Below, in pieces: positions 37,836-51,720 of a stretch of DNA of 64,000 bases (position 1 is its first letter; each line of letters opens with the position of its first letter). The stretch covers positions 464,940-528,939 of the forward strand of contig NIVC01000677.1 in assembly GCA_002269645.1 (NCBI GenBank), in the 5' to 3' direction. The notes under the pieces are model-generated. The model did not search any database and was not told the DNA's origin. It saw nothing but the letters and a program-made list of their open reading frames with translations. Position numbers and translations under genes: made by a program. Origin of the DNA: Macrostomum lignano (Eukaryota).

Positions 37836-40800
37836 TCAGTAGCAAGGCAGCCTATTAGGAGACTGTTTACAGCAAAAGGTCCACAGCAGCTCCAGCAGCA
37901 GAAGCAGAATGCCGCAGACGTACAGCCCGCCTGTGACGATGAAAGCTCCAGCGACGCCCTCGATGGTGATGGGGTCGGCCTCGGCCGTGACGGCTGACAC
38001 TACGCACTCGGCGTTCGAGCGCGGGAAGTATTTGTACTCGAGCCACTGGCTCAGGCCGGAGTCCTGCGACTTTTCCAGACTGCGGGGGTTTGGATAATTA
38101 AGGAAGTCAGTGCGAAAGTCTGAGAATGGTAGTGGAGAAGGGTAAAGAGCGGCAGAGAGCGGCAGAGTGACAGGGAGTGGCAGGGAACAGCAGGGAGTGA
38201 CGGGGAGTGGCAGGGAGTGACAGGGAGTGACAGGGAGTGACAGGGAGTGACAGGGAGTGGCAGGGAGTGGCAGGGAGTGGCAGGGAGTGGCAGGGAGTGA
38301 CAGGGAGTGACAGGGAGTAACAGGGAGTGACAGGGAATGACAGGGAGTGACAGGGAGTGACAGGGAGTAACAGGGAGTGACGGAGTAACAGGGAGTGACA
38401 GGGAGTGACAGGGAATGACAGGGAGTGACAGAGAGTGACAGGGAGTGACAGGGAATGACAGGAAGCGACATGTAGTGACAGGGAGTGATATGGAGTGACA
38501 GGGAGTGACAGGGAGTAACAGGGAGTGACAGGGAGTGACAGGGAGTAACAGGGAGTGACAGGGAATGACAGGGAGTAACAGGGAGTGACAGGGAGTAACA
38601 AGGAGTGACGGAGTAACAGGGAGTGACAGGGAGTGACAGTGAGTGACAGGGAGTGACAGGGAGTGATATGGAGTGACAGGGAGTGACAGGAAGCGACATG
38701 TAGTGACAGGGAGTGATAGGGAGTGACAGGGAGTGATATGGAGTGACAGGGAGTGACAGGGAGTGACAGGGAGTGACAGGGAGTGACAAGGAGTGACAGG
38801 GAGTGACAGGGGGTGACAGGGAGTGACAGGGAGTGACAGGGAGTGACAGGGAGTGACAGGGAGTGACAGGGAGTGAGTGGCAGAAAGCTGGAGTAAAAGG
38901 TAAGGATGAGGCCAGCGTTGGGGCTCACAGGAAGCTGAAGGCAGGCAGGTAAAAGGCGCCCTTAGGAAAGGCGACTCCAAGCGAGTAGGCGTTGAACGTC
39001 TGGTCGGCGATGTACACTTTGTTGCAGTAGGCGTTGTAGAAGTGAATATTGATGTTCTGGTCCACGATGCACACCTGGTAGGGGTTCGAATCCACGGCTA
39101 CCTTCAATGCAGAGTAATGTGTTAGGTGCGCTAGTGTTAGATGTGTTACAGACTTCTGCATTGAAAAGCAGCCATTGGGACATCGGCTCACGGTCTGGGA
39201 GCAGATCGGCATGGAGTCCACAACCTTCATCTGCTTTCTCAGCTCATAATAGGGCCCGGACGTGTCGAGCAGGATTTGCGCGTATATGTTGGTTCCCTTG
39301 GAGACCAGGACTTTGTAGTGCTGGTTGGCGAGCACATCTTCCAGGGTTCTGATTGGAAGCTGCGTCACGGACACGGTCAGGTAGGCGGTCAGGTTTCCTG
39401 CAATGGTGACGAGGTCTGTTCGATTCGATTCTGTTCTATTTTATTCTATTCTACTCATTATGAAATCTTCTCATCTGCACTACTGTAAGTAGTAGATATA
39501 AGCGAATCACACCTGTGTACGCGGCAAGCAAAATGACGGTGAGAAACCACCAGAACGCCAAAATGCTTCTCGGGCTCATCGCGAACGGATAGAAATCCTG
39601 GCCCTGCTGCAAAAGGCTGCCAAGAAAGGACCAGATGTACTCTTGAAGCCAGACCTCGTCCGCAAACGAGTAGTTTACTCCTAGATTCCAGGCGGTGAAC
39701 GGGCTGAAGTAGGCGAGCAGGTAAGTGAAGAAGGCAGCGGTGCACAGGACACCGAGCAGCAGCAGCCACACGTCGTAGCTGAGTGGAGCGAAAATGTTCC
39801 ACATCCGGGTTGAGGGCGGCGGCCGGCGCACCAAGATGGTATTGCCGGATGAGGCCAGGGGGAAGGAAAAGTCCACAACCTGACTGCGCAGTGTGGTGAT
39901 TGCGTACGGCATCGACAGGTGCGCGTTCTGCGGGAAGGAGCGGATCGATTTGCGGCATTCAGTTCTAACCACTCCGTCCTTATCTCTAACCACTCCGCCC
40001 TTATCACTAACCACTCCGCCCTTATCACTAACCACTCCGTCCTTATCTCTAACCACTCCGCCCTTATCTCTAACCACTCCGTCCTTATCTCTAACCACTC
40101 CGTCCTTATCTCTAACCACTCCGTCCTTATCTCTAACCACTCCACCCTTATCTCCAACCACTCCGCCCTTATCACTAACCACTCCGCCCTTATCACTAAC
40201 CACTCCACCCTTATCTCCAACCACTCCGCCCTTATCTCTAACCACTCCGCCCTTATCTCTAACCACTCCACCCTTATCTCTAACCACTCCGCCCTTATCA
40301 CTAACCACTCCGCCCTTATCACTAACCACTCCGCCCTTATCTCTAACCACTCCGCCCTTATCTCTAACCACTCCGTCCTTATCTCTAACCACTCCAACCT
40401 TATCTCTAACCACTCCACCCTTATCACTAACCACTCCGCCCTTATCTCTAACCACTCCACCCTTATCTCTAACCACTCCACCCTTATCTCTAACCACTCC
40501 GCCCTTATCACTAACCACTCCGCCCTTATCACTAACCACTCCGTCCTTATCTCTAACCACTCCGTCCTTATCTCTAACCACTCCGCCCTTATCTCCAACC
40601 ACTCCGCCCTTATCACTAACCACTCCGTCCTTATCTCTAACCACTCCACCCTTATCTCTAACCACTCCACCCTTATCACTAACCACTCCGCCCTTATCTC
40701 TAACCACTCCACCCTTATCTCTAACCACTCCGCCCTTATCTCTAACCACTCCGCCCTTATCTCTAACCACTCCGCCCTTATCTCTAACCACTCCGCCCTT

Positions 40801-43800
40801 ATCTCTAACCACTCCGCCCTTATCTCCAACCACTCCGCCCTTATCACTAACCACTCCGTCCTTATCTCTAACCACTCCACCCTTATCTCTAACCACTCCA
40901 CCCTTATCACTAACCACTCCGCCCTTATCTCTAACCACTCCACCCTTATCTCTAACCACTCCGCCCTTATCTCTAACCACTCCGCCCTTATCTCTAACCA
41001 CTCCGCCCTTATCTCTAACCACTCCGCCCTTATCTCTAACCACTCCGCCCTTATCTCTAACCACTCCACCCTTATCTCCAACCACTCCGCCCTTATCTCT
41101 AACCACTCCGCCCTTATCTATCTATATTTATAATCACTCTGTGCTCTTATCTATAATCACTGCGCTCTTATCTCCAATCACTGCGCTCTTATCCCCAACC
41201 ATTTTGTACTATCTCTTACCAAAAAAGATTTTTACCTCGCAGCAATTCGCCCTCATCTCCATTCACTTTACCCTTCCTCAAACGTCTCATCTCATCACTT
41301 CATCCTAAACTGTTCCAGCAGCTGCTCACCCACCCCTTTCTGAACTTCGCCAATGCAGCCGCTGAAAAAGTCTGAGCCGGGAATCGGGGCACCGAACTGG
41401 CGGTCCGGCGCCTGCCTGAAAATCGATCTGGAACGGTCGGTGGCGGCACTATGTGCAGCATTGTCATTCGCTAGTACGAATCATTTTCTTAGAAATTCCA
41501 ACCCGCCAGGCGTACCGAAACTTCAGCTTCGGCTCGAATATTTTAAACCATTCGGCGATCTCGCCGGTGACATTGCCGGTCAGGTCATCGTTGACATTCG
41601 TGTACTCCGTGAACGGCGGGATCTGGAATGATGAGGATCTATTCACGTTTGGAGAAGTCCAGTCTCAGTTCTGCATGTCTACATATCAATGCTATAGATT
41701 AGCAATCCATAAGATACAGATTGGCAATCAATTAACTATAGATTAGCAATCCATAAGATACAGATTGGCAATCAATTAACTATAGATTAGCAATCCATAA
41801 GATACAGATTGGCAATCAATTAACTATAGATTAGCAATCCATAAGATACAGATTGGCAATCAATTAACTATAGATTAGCAATCCATAAGATACAGATTGG
41901 CAATCAATTAACTATAGATTAGCAATCCATAAGATACAGATTGGCAATCAATTAACTATAGATTAGCAATCCATAAGATACAGATTGGCAATCAATTAAC
42001 TATAGATTAGCAATCGATGGGCTATAGATTAGCAATCCATAGACTGTATTCATGGTCTGTAAATTTAGTGCCATCGATCAGAGATTAATTTCTATGTCGA
42101 GGGGAATTGCTGAGATGTCAAGGCTGAAAGTTCAAAAGCTATTTTTAGTTTATTCAAAAAATATCCCATTCTTCTTTGGCTTTCCAACGGGGGTTGGTGC
42201 CGATTGCTGGTTTAATTTCTGTTTTTATGAGCAATTCATGAGCATTAATAGTCAGGTATCCATGGCTGCATTCCAGTCACTCACAATCGGTGCACAAACG
42301 GTCAGAGTCCGATTCTTGAAGTCCACAAAGGCGTTGGAGAAGACGAGACTCCGGCCGGACACTGTCCGAAGCACTCGCAGGCTGGCGTTGGCTGGGTAGA
42401 ACCGGGCGCTCTCTACAAATTCGACTGGCTGATCGGCCAGCTCGTTGAAGGTGGCCGCGAACTCAACGTAGGGAGCCTCGAGACGGTTCGAGCTGGCGTT
42501 GTAGCTGATCACCGAGCGGAAGGTGTCCAGGCCTTGCAGCTGCGGATGACGCGTTTTAGATTAGCAATCCATTGGTCTATAGATTAGCAATGAATTAGTC
42601 TATAGGTTAGCAATCCATTGATCTATAGATTAGCAATCCATTGGTCTATAGATTAGCAATCCATTGATCTATAGATTAGCAATCCATTGATCTATAGATT
42701 AGCAATCCATTGATCTATAGATTAGCAATCCATTCATCTATAGATTAGCAATCCATTGGTCTATAGATTAGCAATCCATTGGTCTATAGATTAGCAATCC
42801 ATTGGTCTATAGATTAGCAATCCATTGGTCTATAGATTAGCAATCCATTGGTCTATAGATTAGCAATCAATTAGTCTATAGATTAGCAATCAATTAGTCT
42901 ATAGATTAGCAATCAATTAGTCTATAGATTAGCAATCAATTAGTCTATAGATTAGCAATCAATTAGTCTATAGATTAGCAATCAATTAGTCTATAGATTA
43001 GCAATCAATTAGTCTATAGATTAGCAATCCATTGGTCTATAGATTAGCAATCCATTGGTCTATAGATTAGCAATCCATTGGTCTATAGATTAGCAATCAA
43101 TTAGTCTATAGATTAGCAATCAATTAGTCTATAGATTAGCAATCCATTGGTCTATAGATTAGCAATCCATTGGTCTATAGATCAGCAATCCATTAGTCTA
43201 TAGATTAGCAATGAATTATTCTATAGGTTAGCAATCCATTGGTCTATAGATTAGCAATCCATTGATCTATAGATTAGCAATCCATTGGTCTATAGATTAG
43301 CAATCCAGTGGTCTATAGATTAGCAATCCATTGGTCTATAGATTAGCAATCCATTGGTCTATAGACTAGCAATCAGTGGTCTATAGATTAGCTTTCCACC
43401 TGCTATTAAATACGATTTGGCCCTAGAGTCAACAGTCAAGCCTTATAAGACATTATTACAGCATTTTATCCCTATTTTCCCCAGCTTCCCCAATACTTAC
43501 CGACTTGATGAAGCGGGCCACTGATCCCCCGCTGGTCCATGGCTGCAGCGGGTTGCAGCTGGAGTTGCTTTCACTGAAGGTCACCGCAGCCGATGCGCTT
43601 GTCAAGTTTTTGTACGCTTCAGACACGGCTAACAGAGCCTCCGTGAATCGCATTTCTATGCTCTGGAAATGCGAGCAAGTGGTTAAAGTTGGACTAGTTG
43701 TGCTGATTATTAAACTAATAGACTAGTTGATGTAAACAGTCATTAGTCTAATCCTGCGTAAATTGAGAAGTCATTAGATCATAATCCAAATTAATATGGG

Positions 43801-46800
43801 ATCCGAATACCTACTAATCTGGGATCAGAATCCCCACTTATATGAAATCAGAATCCTCACTAATCTGGGATCAAAATCCCCACTAATCTGGGATCAGAAT
43901 CCTTACTAATCTGGGATTAGAATCCTTAATAATCTGGGATTAGAATCCCTACTAATCTGGGATTAGAATCCCTACTAATCTGGGATCAGAATCCTCACTA
44001 ATCTGGGATAAGAATCCCTACTAATCTGGGATAAGAATCCCTACTAATCTGGGATCAGAATCCTCACCAATCTGGGATTAGAATCCCCACTAATCTGGGA
44101 TTAGAATCCCAACTAATCTGGGATTAGAATCCCCACTAATCTGGGATTAGAATCCTCAATAATCTGGGATTAGAATCCTTAATAATCTGGGATTAGAATC
44201 CCTACTAATCTGGGATTAGAATCCCCACTAATCTGGGATTAGAATCCCCATTAATCTGGGATTAGAATCCTCAATAATCTGGGATTAGAATCCTCAATAA
44301 TCTGGGATTAGAATCCTCAATAATCTGGGATTAGAATCCTCACTAATCTGGGATTAGAATCCCACTAATCTGGGATTAGAATCCCTACTAATCTAGGATT
44401 AGAATCCCTACTAATCTGGGATCAGAATCCTCACTAATCTGGGATTAGAATCCTCACTAATCTGGGATTAGAATCCCTACTAATCTGGGATTAGAATCCT
44501 CACTAATCTGGGATTAGAATCCCACTAATCCGGGATTAGAATCCCTACTAATCTGGGATCAGAATCCTCACTAATCTGGGATTAGAATCCCTACTAATCT
44601 GGGATCAGAATCCCTACTAATCTGGGATCAGAATCCCTACTAATCTGGGATCAGAATCCCCACTAATCTGGGATCAGAATCCCAACTAACACACGATCAC
44701 TTCCTCCTTACCGTGACGCCGTCCCTGCCGCAGTGGGGGAAGACGTCCCGCAGAGGCGGCGGGCACAGTGCAGCCCCCGTCAGCCCGGCTGTGGGGCTCC
44801 GAGCCACCAGGATGTTGGCGGCTCCCCAGGCGTCCAGCCGAGCGATGGAGGTCAGCGCGGCCAGGCTGAGACCCGGTGAGTCCGGCAGCAGCCAGTGGAA
44901 GTCCTGGCGCAGCAGGCCTGCAGCCAGCGCCTGCGGGACGGGTGGGCAGGATGGGTTCGCAGGTGGGGCTTCGGGTGCTGCCGACAGTCCATACCTGCCT
45001 GTCAGTAGATAGGCTGGGCCATAGATCTCTGACAAGCGATCTTAAGAATTCACAATAACAAAATTTAAGTTACGAGTAACATTGGGAACTCACTGTCTCC
45101 AGGATCTGAATCACGTTGTCCGCAGTGGCGAAGACCACATTGAATCGTACTCGACTTTTGCTCATCCCGGTGAGAATATCGCTGAGATTTTTACCTGCTT
45201 CGAGCTGGAAGGCCATAACGCTGATGCCGCTGGCTGAGAGGTCGTTCTGGAAGGCCTCGAGCAGCGGCAGACCTGTGAGGCGGTTGGAACGGCGTCAGAG
45301 TTCTTTGAGATTCCCTGAAGGCGAGTGACATACTGGACAGAGGAGTGAAAATCTGTATATAAATCTCAAGGATGAGATTCTCAACTCGCATCTCAGGGAT
45401 GAGATTCTCAACTCGCATCTCAGGGATGAGATTCTCAAACTGGCATCTCAGGGTTGAGATTCTTGACTTGCATCTCAGGGGTGAGATTCTCGACTGGCAT
45501 CTCAGGGATGAGATTCTTGACTCGCATCTCAGGGATGAGATTCTCGACTGGCATCTCAGGGATGAGATTCTCGACTGGCATCTCAGGGATGAGATTCTCA
45601 AACTGGCATCTCAGGGTTGAGATTCTTGACTCGCATCTCAGGGTTGAGATTCTTGACTTGCACCTCAGGGTTAAGATTCTTGACTCGCACCTCAGGGTTG
45701 AGATTCTTGACTCGCATCTCAGGGTTGAGACTATTGACTCGCATCTCAGGGTTGAGATTCTTGACTTGCACCTCAGGGTTAAGATTCTTGACTCGCACCT
45801 CAGGGTTAAGATTCTTGACTCGCATCTCAGGGTTGAGACTATTGACTCGCATCTTAGGGGTGAGATTCTCGAATCATCGCATCTCAGGGTTGAGATTCTT
45901 CACTCATTTCTACGCCGGAACTCACTCTGGAATTTGTCGTAGAAGATGGCGGCGTCTGAAACCCGATGATACTTCAATGCCTCAACGGATGCTCGAAGCA
46001 GCAGGCGGGGTTCCACAGCGCCGATAAGCTCGAACTCTGTGAACAGGTAAAGTAAACAGGCGGAATGCCGTTTGGGCAAATTCGCGCATTGCTCTGCTTA
46101 AATAATACCGGAAGAATCTACACACTACCGGAAGAAACTAACGGAAGAAACTACCAAAAGAATCTACACACTACAGGAAGAAACTACCAAAAGAATCTAC
46201 ACACTCCAGGAAGAAACTACCAAAAGAATCTACACACTCCAGGAAGAAACTACCGGAAGAAACTACCAAAAGAATCTACACACTACAGGAAGAAACTACC
46301 AAAAGAATCTACACACTACAGGAAGAAACTACCAAAAGAATCTACACACTACCGGAAGAAACTACCAAAAGAATCTACACACTCCAGGAAGAAACTACCG
46401 GCAGAAACTACCAAAAGAATCTACACACTACAGGAAGAAACTACCAAAAGAATCTACACACTCCAGGAAGAAACTACCGGAAGAAACTACCAAAAGAATC
46501 TACACACTACAGGAAGAAAATACCGGAAGAATCTACACACTCCAGGAAGAAACTACCGGAAGAAACTACCAAAAGAATCTACACACTACAGGAAGAAAAT
46601 ACCAAAAGAATCTACACACTACAGGAAGAAACTACCAAAAGAATCTACACAATACAGGAAGAAACTACCGGAAGAAACTACCAAAAGAATCTACACACTA
46701 CAGGAAGAAACTAGCAAAAGAATCTACACAATACAGGAAGAAACTACCGGAAGAAACTACCAAAAGAATCTACACACTACAGGAAGAAACTACCAAAAAA

Positions 46801-49339
46801 ATCTACACACTCCAGGAAGAAAATACCGACAGAATCTCTAGCTACTCGTACATGAAGCTACAAACATATCGGACAAACCTGACTTGGATGTTGCGTCGCA
46901 CAGGTCGTTAGGGATGACAATTGTTGGCAGTGCGAGGCTCCTGCCCAACCTCATCAGAGTCTCCATCAGCGAGCAGCTTCCAACCCCGATGATGCCGCTG
47001 AGACCGGTTTCTTGACAGACTGAATTAAAACAGAAATATTTTTTCGATATAGTTAAGAATTCGAGCTTATACCAGCCGGCTTGTGACAGGAAAATGCTGG
47101 AAATTTGAACTGCCAACTAGATTAAGGATTTGGGTCACTCAATTACAGCATTGGAATGGGTCAGTAGGGAATGGGTCAGTAGAGAATGGGTCAGTAGGGG
47201 ATGGGTCAGTAGGGAATCGGTCAGTATGGGATGGGTCAGTAGGGAATCGGTCAGTAGGGGATCGGGGGATGAGTCAGTATGGGATGGGTCAGTAGGGGAT
47301 CGGGGGATGAGTCAGTATGGGATGGGTCAGTAGGGGATCGGGGGATGAGTCAGTATGGGATGGGTCAGTAGGGGATCGGGGGATGAGTCAGTAGAGGATG
47401 GGTCAGTAGGGGATCGGGGGATGAGTCAGTAGAGGATGGGTCAGTAGGGGATCGGGGGATGAGTCAGTAGAGGATGGGTCAGTAGGGGATCGGGGGATGA
47501 GTCAGTAGAGGATGGGTCAGTAGGGGATCGGTCAGTAGGGATCGGGGGATGAGTCAGTAGAGGATGGGTCAGTAGGGGATCGGGGGATGAGTCAGTAGAG
47601 GATGGGTCAGTAGGGGATCGGGGGATGAGTCAGTAGAGGATGGGTCAGTAGGGGATCGGGGGATGAGTCAGTATGGGATGGGTCAGTAGGGGATCGGGGG
47701 ATGAGTCAGTATGGGATGGGTCAGTAGGGGATCGGGGGATGAGTCAGTATGGGATGGGTCAGTAGGGGATCGGGGGATGAGTCAGTATGGGATGGGTCAG
47801 TAGGGGATCGGGGGATGAGTCAGTATGGGATGGGTCAGTAGGGGATCGGGGGATGAGTCAGTATGGGATGGGTCAGTAGGGGATCGGGGGATGAGTCAGT
47901 AGAGGATGGGTCAGTAGGGGATCGGGGGATGAGTCAGTAGAGGATGGGTCAGTAGGGGATCGGGGGATGAGTCAGTAGAGGATGGGTCAGTAGGGGATCG
48001 GGGGATGAGTCAGTAGGGATGGGTCAGTAGGGGATCGGGGATGAGTCAGTAGAGGATGGGTCAGTAGGGGATCGGGGGATGAGTCAGTATGGGATGGGTC
48101 AGTAGGGGATCGGGGGATGAGTCAGTAGAGGATGGGTCAGTAGGGGATCGGGGGATGAGTCAGTATGGGATGGGTCAGTAGGGGATCGGGGGATGAGTCA
48201 GTATGGGATGGGTCAGTAGGGGATCGGGGGATGAGTCAGTATGGGATGGGTCAGTAGGGGATCGGGGGATGAGTCAGTATGGGATGGGTCAGTAGGGGAT
48301 CGGGGGATGAGTCAGTATGGGATGGGTCAGTAGGGGATCGGGGGATGAGTCAGTATGGGATGGGTCAGTAGGGGATCGGGGGATGAGTCAGTATGGGATG
48401 GGTCAGTAGGGGATCGGGGGATGAGTCAGTATGGGATGGGTCAGTAGGGGATCGGGGGATGAGTCAGTATGGGATGGGTCAGTAGGGGATCGGGGGATGA
48501 GTCAGTAGAGGATGGGTCAGTAGGGGATCGGGGGATGAGTCAGTATGGGATGGGTCAGTAGGGGATCGGGGGATGAGTCAGTAGGGATGGGTCAGTAGGG
48601 GATCGGGGGATGAGTCAGTAGAGGATGGGTCAGTAGGGGATCGGGGGATGAGTCAGTAGAGGATGGGTCAGTAGGGGATCGGGGGATGAGTCAGTAGAGG
48701 ATGGGTCAGTAGGGTCATGAGTCAGTAGAGGATGGGTCAGTAGGGTCGGGGGATGAGTCAGTAGAGGATGGGTCACCAGTCATTAAGGGAATGGTCAGTA
48801 GAATAACCATCAGGAGGTGGGTCATCTACAGGCACTGTGTTCGTGAAGGCCTAAATGCAGTCATGATTGCCTGTTTACCCCGTACAATCGCGCACCTAGA
48901 TAAAGTTGATGAAGTCTTTATTTTGCTATCGACATGCAATTATCCCCAGATTAATTGAGGCCAATACTCCATAAAGTGTCATTCAAGGCCTAACACACGA
49001 CACCCGAACCGTAAGCAAATACCACCCGAGTTTTGTCTCAGATTAATGAGGATTATCGACTAGCGGATGCCCTTCCTCTGACTCACCCAGTCTCGCCGCT
49101 GTCAAAGCGAGGCCCCTGCTGGCGTTAATTAGCCGATAATCCAGCGACTGGCCGGATCCCCGGGGCAAGACTCGCCAATTATTGTTCACTAATCGGCTGA
49201 CGGCTCGCTGGATCGTGTCGGGCGGCAGCGCCTCGTCCTCTATCACCATGGCAACCTTGAAGGCGGCGCAGTCAATGGGCGGAGCTGCCGACCAGAGCGA
49301 CAAGAGGAGCAGCGAAATTGCAACCTGCCGGCTGTCCAT
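37836..49339 (-). CDS. Ionotropic glutamate receptor family protein, paralogue B (13 exons, 852 aa)
   Basis: Exons 49339-49087, 47019-46879, 46036-45926, 45272-45094, 44930-44712, 43662-43501, 42539-42285, 41622-41516, 41427-41334, 39927-39513, 39397-39192, 39101-38929, 38079-37836. All GT-AG, total 2559 nt, same phases as paralogue A, and 10 of 13 exon lengths identical. Pore GSLLQQGQD, M3 AYTGNLTAYLT. Confidence 0.92.
38165..38880 (+). repeat. 10-nt minisatellite (GGGAGTGACA)
   Basis: About 70 units in iGluR-B intron 12. Confidence 0.95.
39962..41120 (+). repeat. 21-nt minisatellite (CCTTATCTCTAACCACTCCGC)
   Basis: About 55 units in iGluR-B intron 9. Confidence 0.95.
41693..42050 (+). repeat. 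44-nt repeat (dimer of diverged 22-mers, ATAGATTAGCAATCCATAAGATACAGATTGGCAATCAATTAACT)
   Basis: About 7 units in iGluR-B intron 7. Confidence 0.93.
42555..43395 (+). repeat. 23-nt minisatellite (CTATAGATTAGCAATCCATTGGT)
   Basis: About 36 units in iGluR-B intron 6. Confidence 0.95.
43810..44690 (+). repeat. 23-nt minisatellite (CTAATCTGGGATTAGAATCCCTA)
   Basis: About 38 units in iGluR-B intron 5. Confidence 0.95.
45370..45900 (+). repeat. 27/28-nt minisatellite (GATGAGATTCTCGACTGGCATCTCAGG)
   Basis: About 19 units in iGluR-B intron 3. Confidence 0.95.
46100..46830 (+). repeat. 33-nt minisatellite (ACTACCAAAAGAATCTACACACTACAGGAAGAA) with 12-nt insert variants
   Basis: Fills iGluR-B intron 2. 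Confidence 0.95.
47150..48780 (+). repeat. 38-nt G-rich minisatellite (GGGATGGGTCAGTAGGGGATCGGGGGATGAGTCAGTAT)
   Basis: About 42 units in iGluR-B intron 1; units of this type carry four G-tracts, AGAGG variants three. Confidence 0.95.
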
Positions 49340-49594
49340 CTTCTAGCGATCAAAGCTGAGTGGGATAGCAGTTTCCCCGGGGCATTTTTATCCCCACAAC
49401 GGGACCAATCGAAATAGAGACAGGCCGGATTGGCTCGCCAGATAATTAGCGATAGAACTAATGAGCGACACCTTTTTTGAATCTCAAAACAGATTTTTTT
49501 CATGAGAAGTTTAAAATATCTGCTTGTAGTGGAAATTCCTTGACCAGATCATAAGAATGAGATCAACCTCTCTGCTATATCTAAGCTTGATTAT

Positions 49595-50505
49595 ATTCTC
49601 AACTCCACATTCACACACAACCCCAATTATATCATCAATCCCACTCTCACACACAACCCCAATTATATCCTCAACCCCACCCTCACACACAATCCCAATT
49701 ATATCCTCAATCCCACTCTCACACACAATCCCAATTATATCCTCGACCCACCCTCACACACAATCCCAATTATATCCTCAACCCCACCCTCACACACAAT
49801 CCCAATTATATCCTCAACCCCACTCTCACACACAACCCCAATTATATCCTCAACCCCACCCTCACACACAACCCCAATTATATCCTCAACCCCACCCTCA
49901 CACACAATCCCAATTATATCCTCAACCCCACCCTCACACACAACCCCAATTATATACTCAACCCCACCCTCACACACAACCCCAATTATATCCTCAATCC
50001 CACTCTCACACACAACCCCAATTATATCCTCAACCCCACCCTCACACACAATCCCAATTATATCCTCAACCCCACCCTCACACACAATCCCAATTATATA
50101 CTCAACCCCACCCTCACACACAACCCCAATTATATCCTCAACCCCACCCTCACACACAATCCCAATTATATCCTCAACCCCACCCTCACACACAACCCCA
50201 ATTATATCCTCAATCCCACTCTCACACACAACCCCAATTATATCCTCAATCCCACTCTCACACACAACCCCAATTATATCCTCAACCCCACCCTCACACA
50301 CAATCCCAATTATATACTCAACCCCACCCTCACACACAACCCCAATTATATCCTCAACCCCACCCTCACATACAACCCCAATTATATCCTCAACCCCACC
50401 TCACACACAACCCCAATTATATCCTCAATCCCACTCTCACACACAACCCCAATTATATCCTCAACCCCACCCTCACACACAATCCCAATTATATCCTCAA
50501 TCCCA
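49595..50505 (+). repeat. 36-nt minisatellite (AATTATATCCTCAACCCCACCCTCACACACAACCCC)
   Basis: About 25 units between the divergent iGluR-B and mucin-like genes. Confidence 0.95.
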
Positions 50506-50519
50506 CCTCGATTCCAACC

Positions 50520-51720
50520 TTAATCCCGTCTTCAACCCCATCCTCAACCCCATCTTCGACCCCATCCTCGATCCCATCCTCAACCCCATACTGAACCCCA
50601 TCCTCAACCCCATCCTCAACCCCATCCTCGATCCCATCCTCAACCCCATACTGAACCCCATCCTCAACCCCATCCTCAACCCCATCCTCAACCTCATCCT
50701 CAACCTCATCCTCAACCCCATCCTCAGCCCCATCCTCAACCCCATACTCAACTCCATCCTCAACCTCATCCTCAACCCCATCCTCAACCCCATCCTCAAC
50801 CCCATCCTCAACCTCATCCTCAACCTCATCCTCAGCCCCATCCTCAGCCCCATCCTCAACCTCATCCTCAACCCCATACTCAACTCCATCCTCAACCTCA
50901 TCCTCAGCCCCATCCTCAACCTCATCCTCAACCTCATCCTCAGCCCCATCCTCAGCCCCATCCTCAGCCCCATCCTCAACCTCATCCTCAACCTCATCCT
51001 CAGCCCCATCCTCAGCCCCATCCTCAACCTCATCCTCAACCCCATACTCAACTCCATCCTCAACCTCATCCTCAGCCCCATCCTCAACCTCATCCTCAGC
51101 CCCATCCTCAGCCCCATCCTCAACCTCATCCTCAACCTCATCCTCAGCCCCATCCTCATCCCCATCCTCAACTCCATCCTCAACCTCATCCTCAGCCCCA
51201 TCCTCAACCTCATCCTCAGCCCCATCCTCAGCCCCATCCTCAACCTCATCCTCAACCTCATCCTCAACCTTATCCTCAGCCCCATCCTCATCCCCATCCT
51301 CAACTCCATCCTCAACCTCATCCTCAGCCCCATCCTCAACCTCATCCTCAGCCCCATCCTCAGCCCCATCCTCAACCTCATCCTCAACCTCATCCTCAGC
51401 CCCATCCTCATCCCCATCCTCAACTCCATCCTCAACCTCATCCTCAACCTCATCCTCAGCCCCATCCTCAGCCCCATCCTCAACCTCATCCTCAACCTCA
51501 TCCTCAGCCCCATCCTCATCCCCATCCTCAACTCCATCCTCAACCTCATCCTCAGCCCCATCCTCAGCCCCATCCTCAACCTCATCCTCAACCCCATCCT
51601 CAACCCCATCCTCAGCCCCATCCTCAACCTCATCCTCAACCTCATCCTCAGCCCCATCCTCATCCCCATCCTCAACTCCATCCTCAACCTCATCCTCAGC
51701 CCCATCCTCAGCCCCATCTT
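50520..51720 (+). repeat. 12-nt minisatellite (CATCCTCAACCC / CATCCTCAGCCC / CATCCTCAACCT)
   Basis: About 100 units; the unit is a sub-motif (TCCTCAACCC) of the adjacent 36-mer. Confidence 0.95.

Noticed and set aside
39451-41106. 551-aa ORF with (VRDKGGV)n fused to the iGluR transmembrane region
   Set aside because: The 21-nt intronic repeat happens to be in frame with exon 10. A canonical acceptor at 39928 and the paralogue structure show it is intron.
49557-50594. ORF MRSTSLLYLSLIIFS... with S/T/P-rich repeats as a secreted mucin
   Set aside because: It is repeat-derived, changes frame, has no coherent 3' end, and the neighbouring mucin-like gene has its own signal exon at 51974. Not fully excluded without RNA data.
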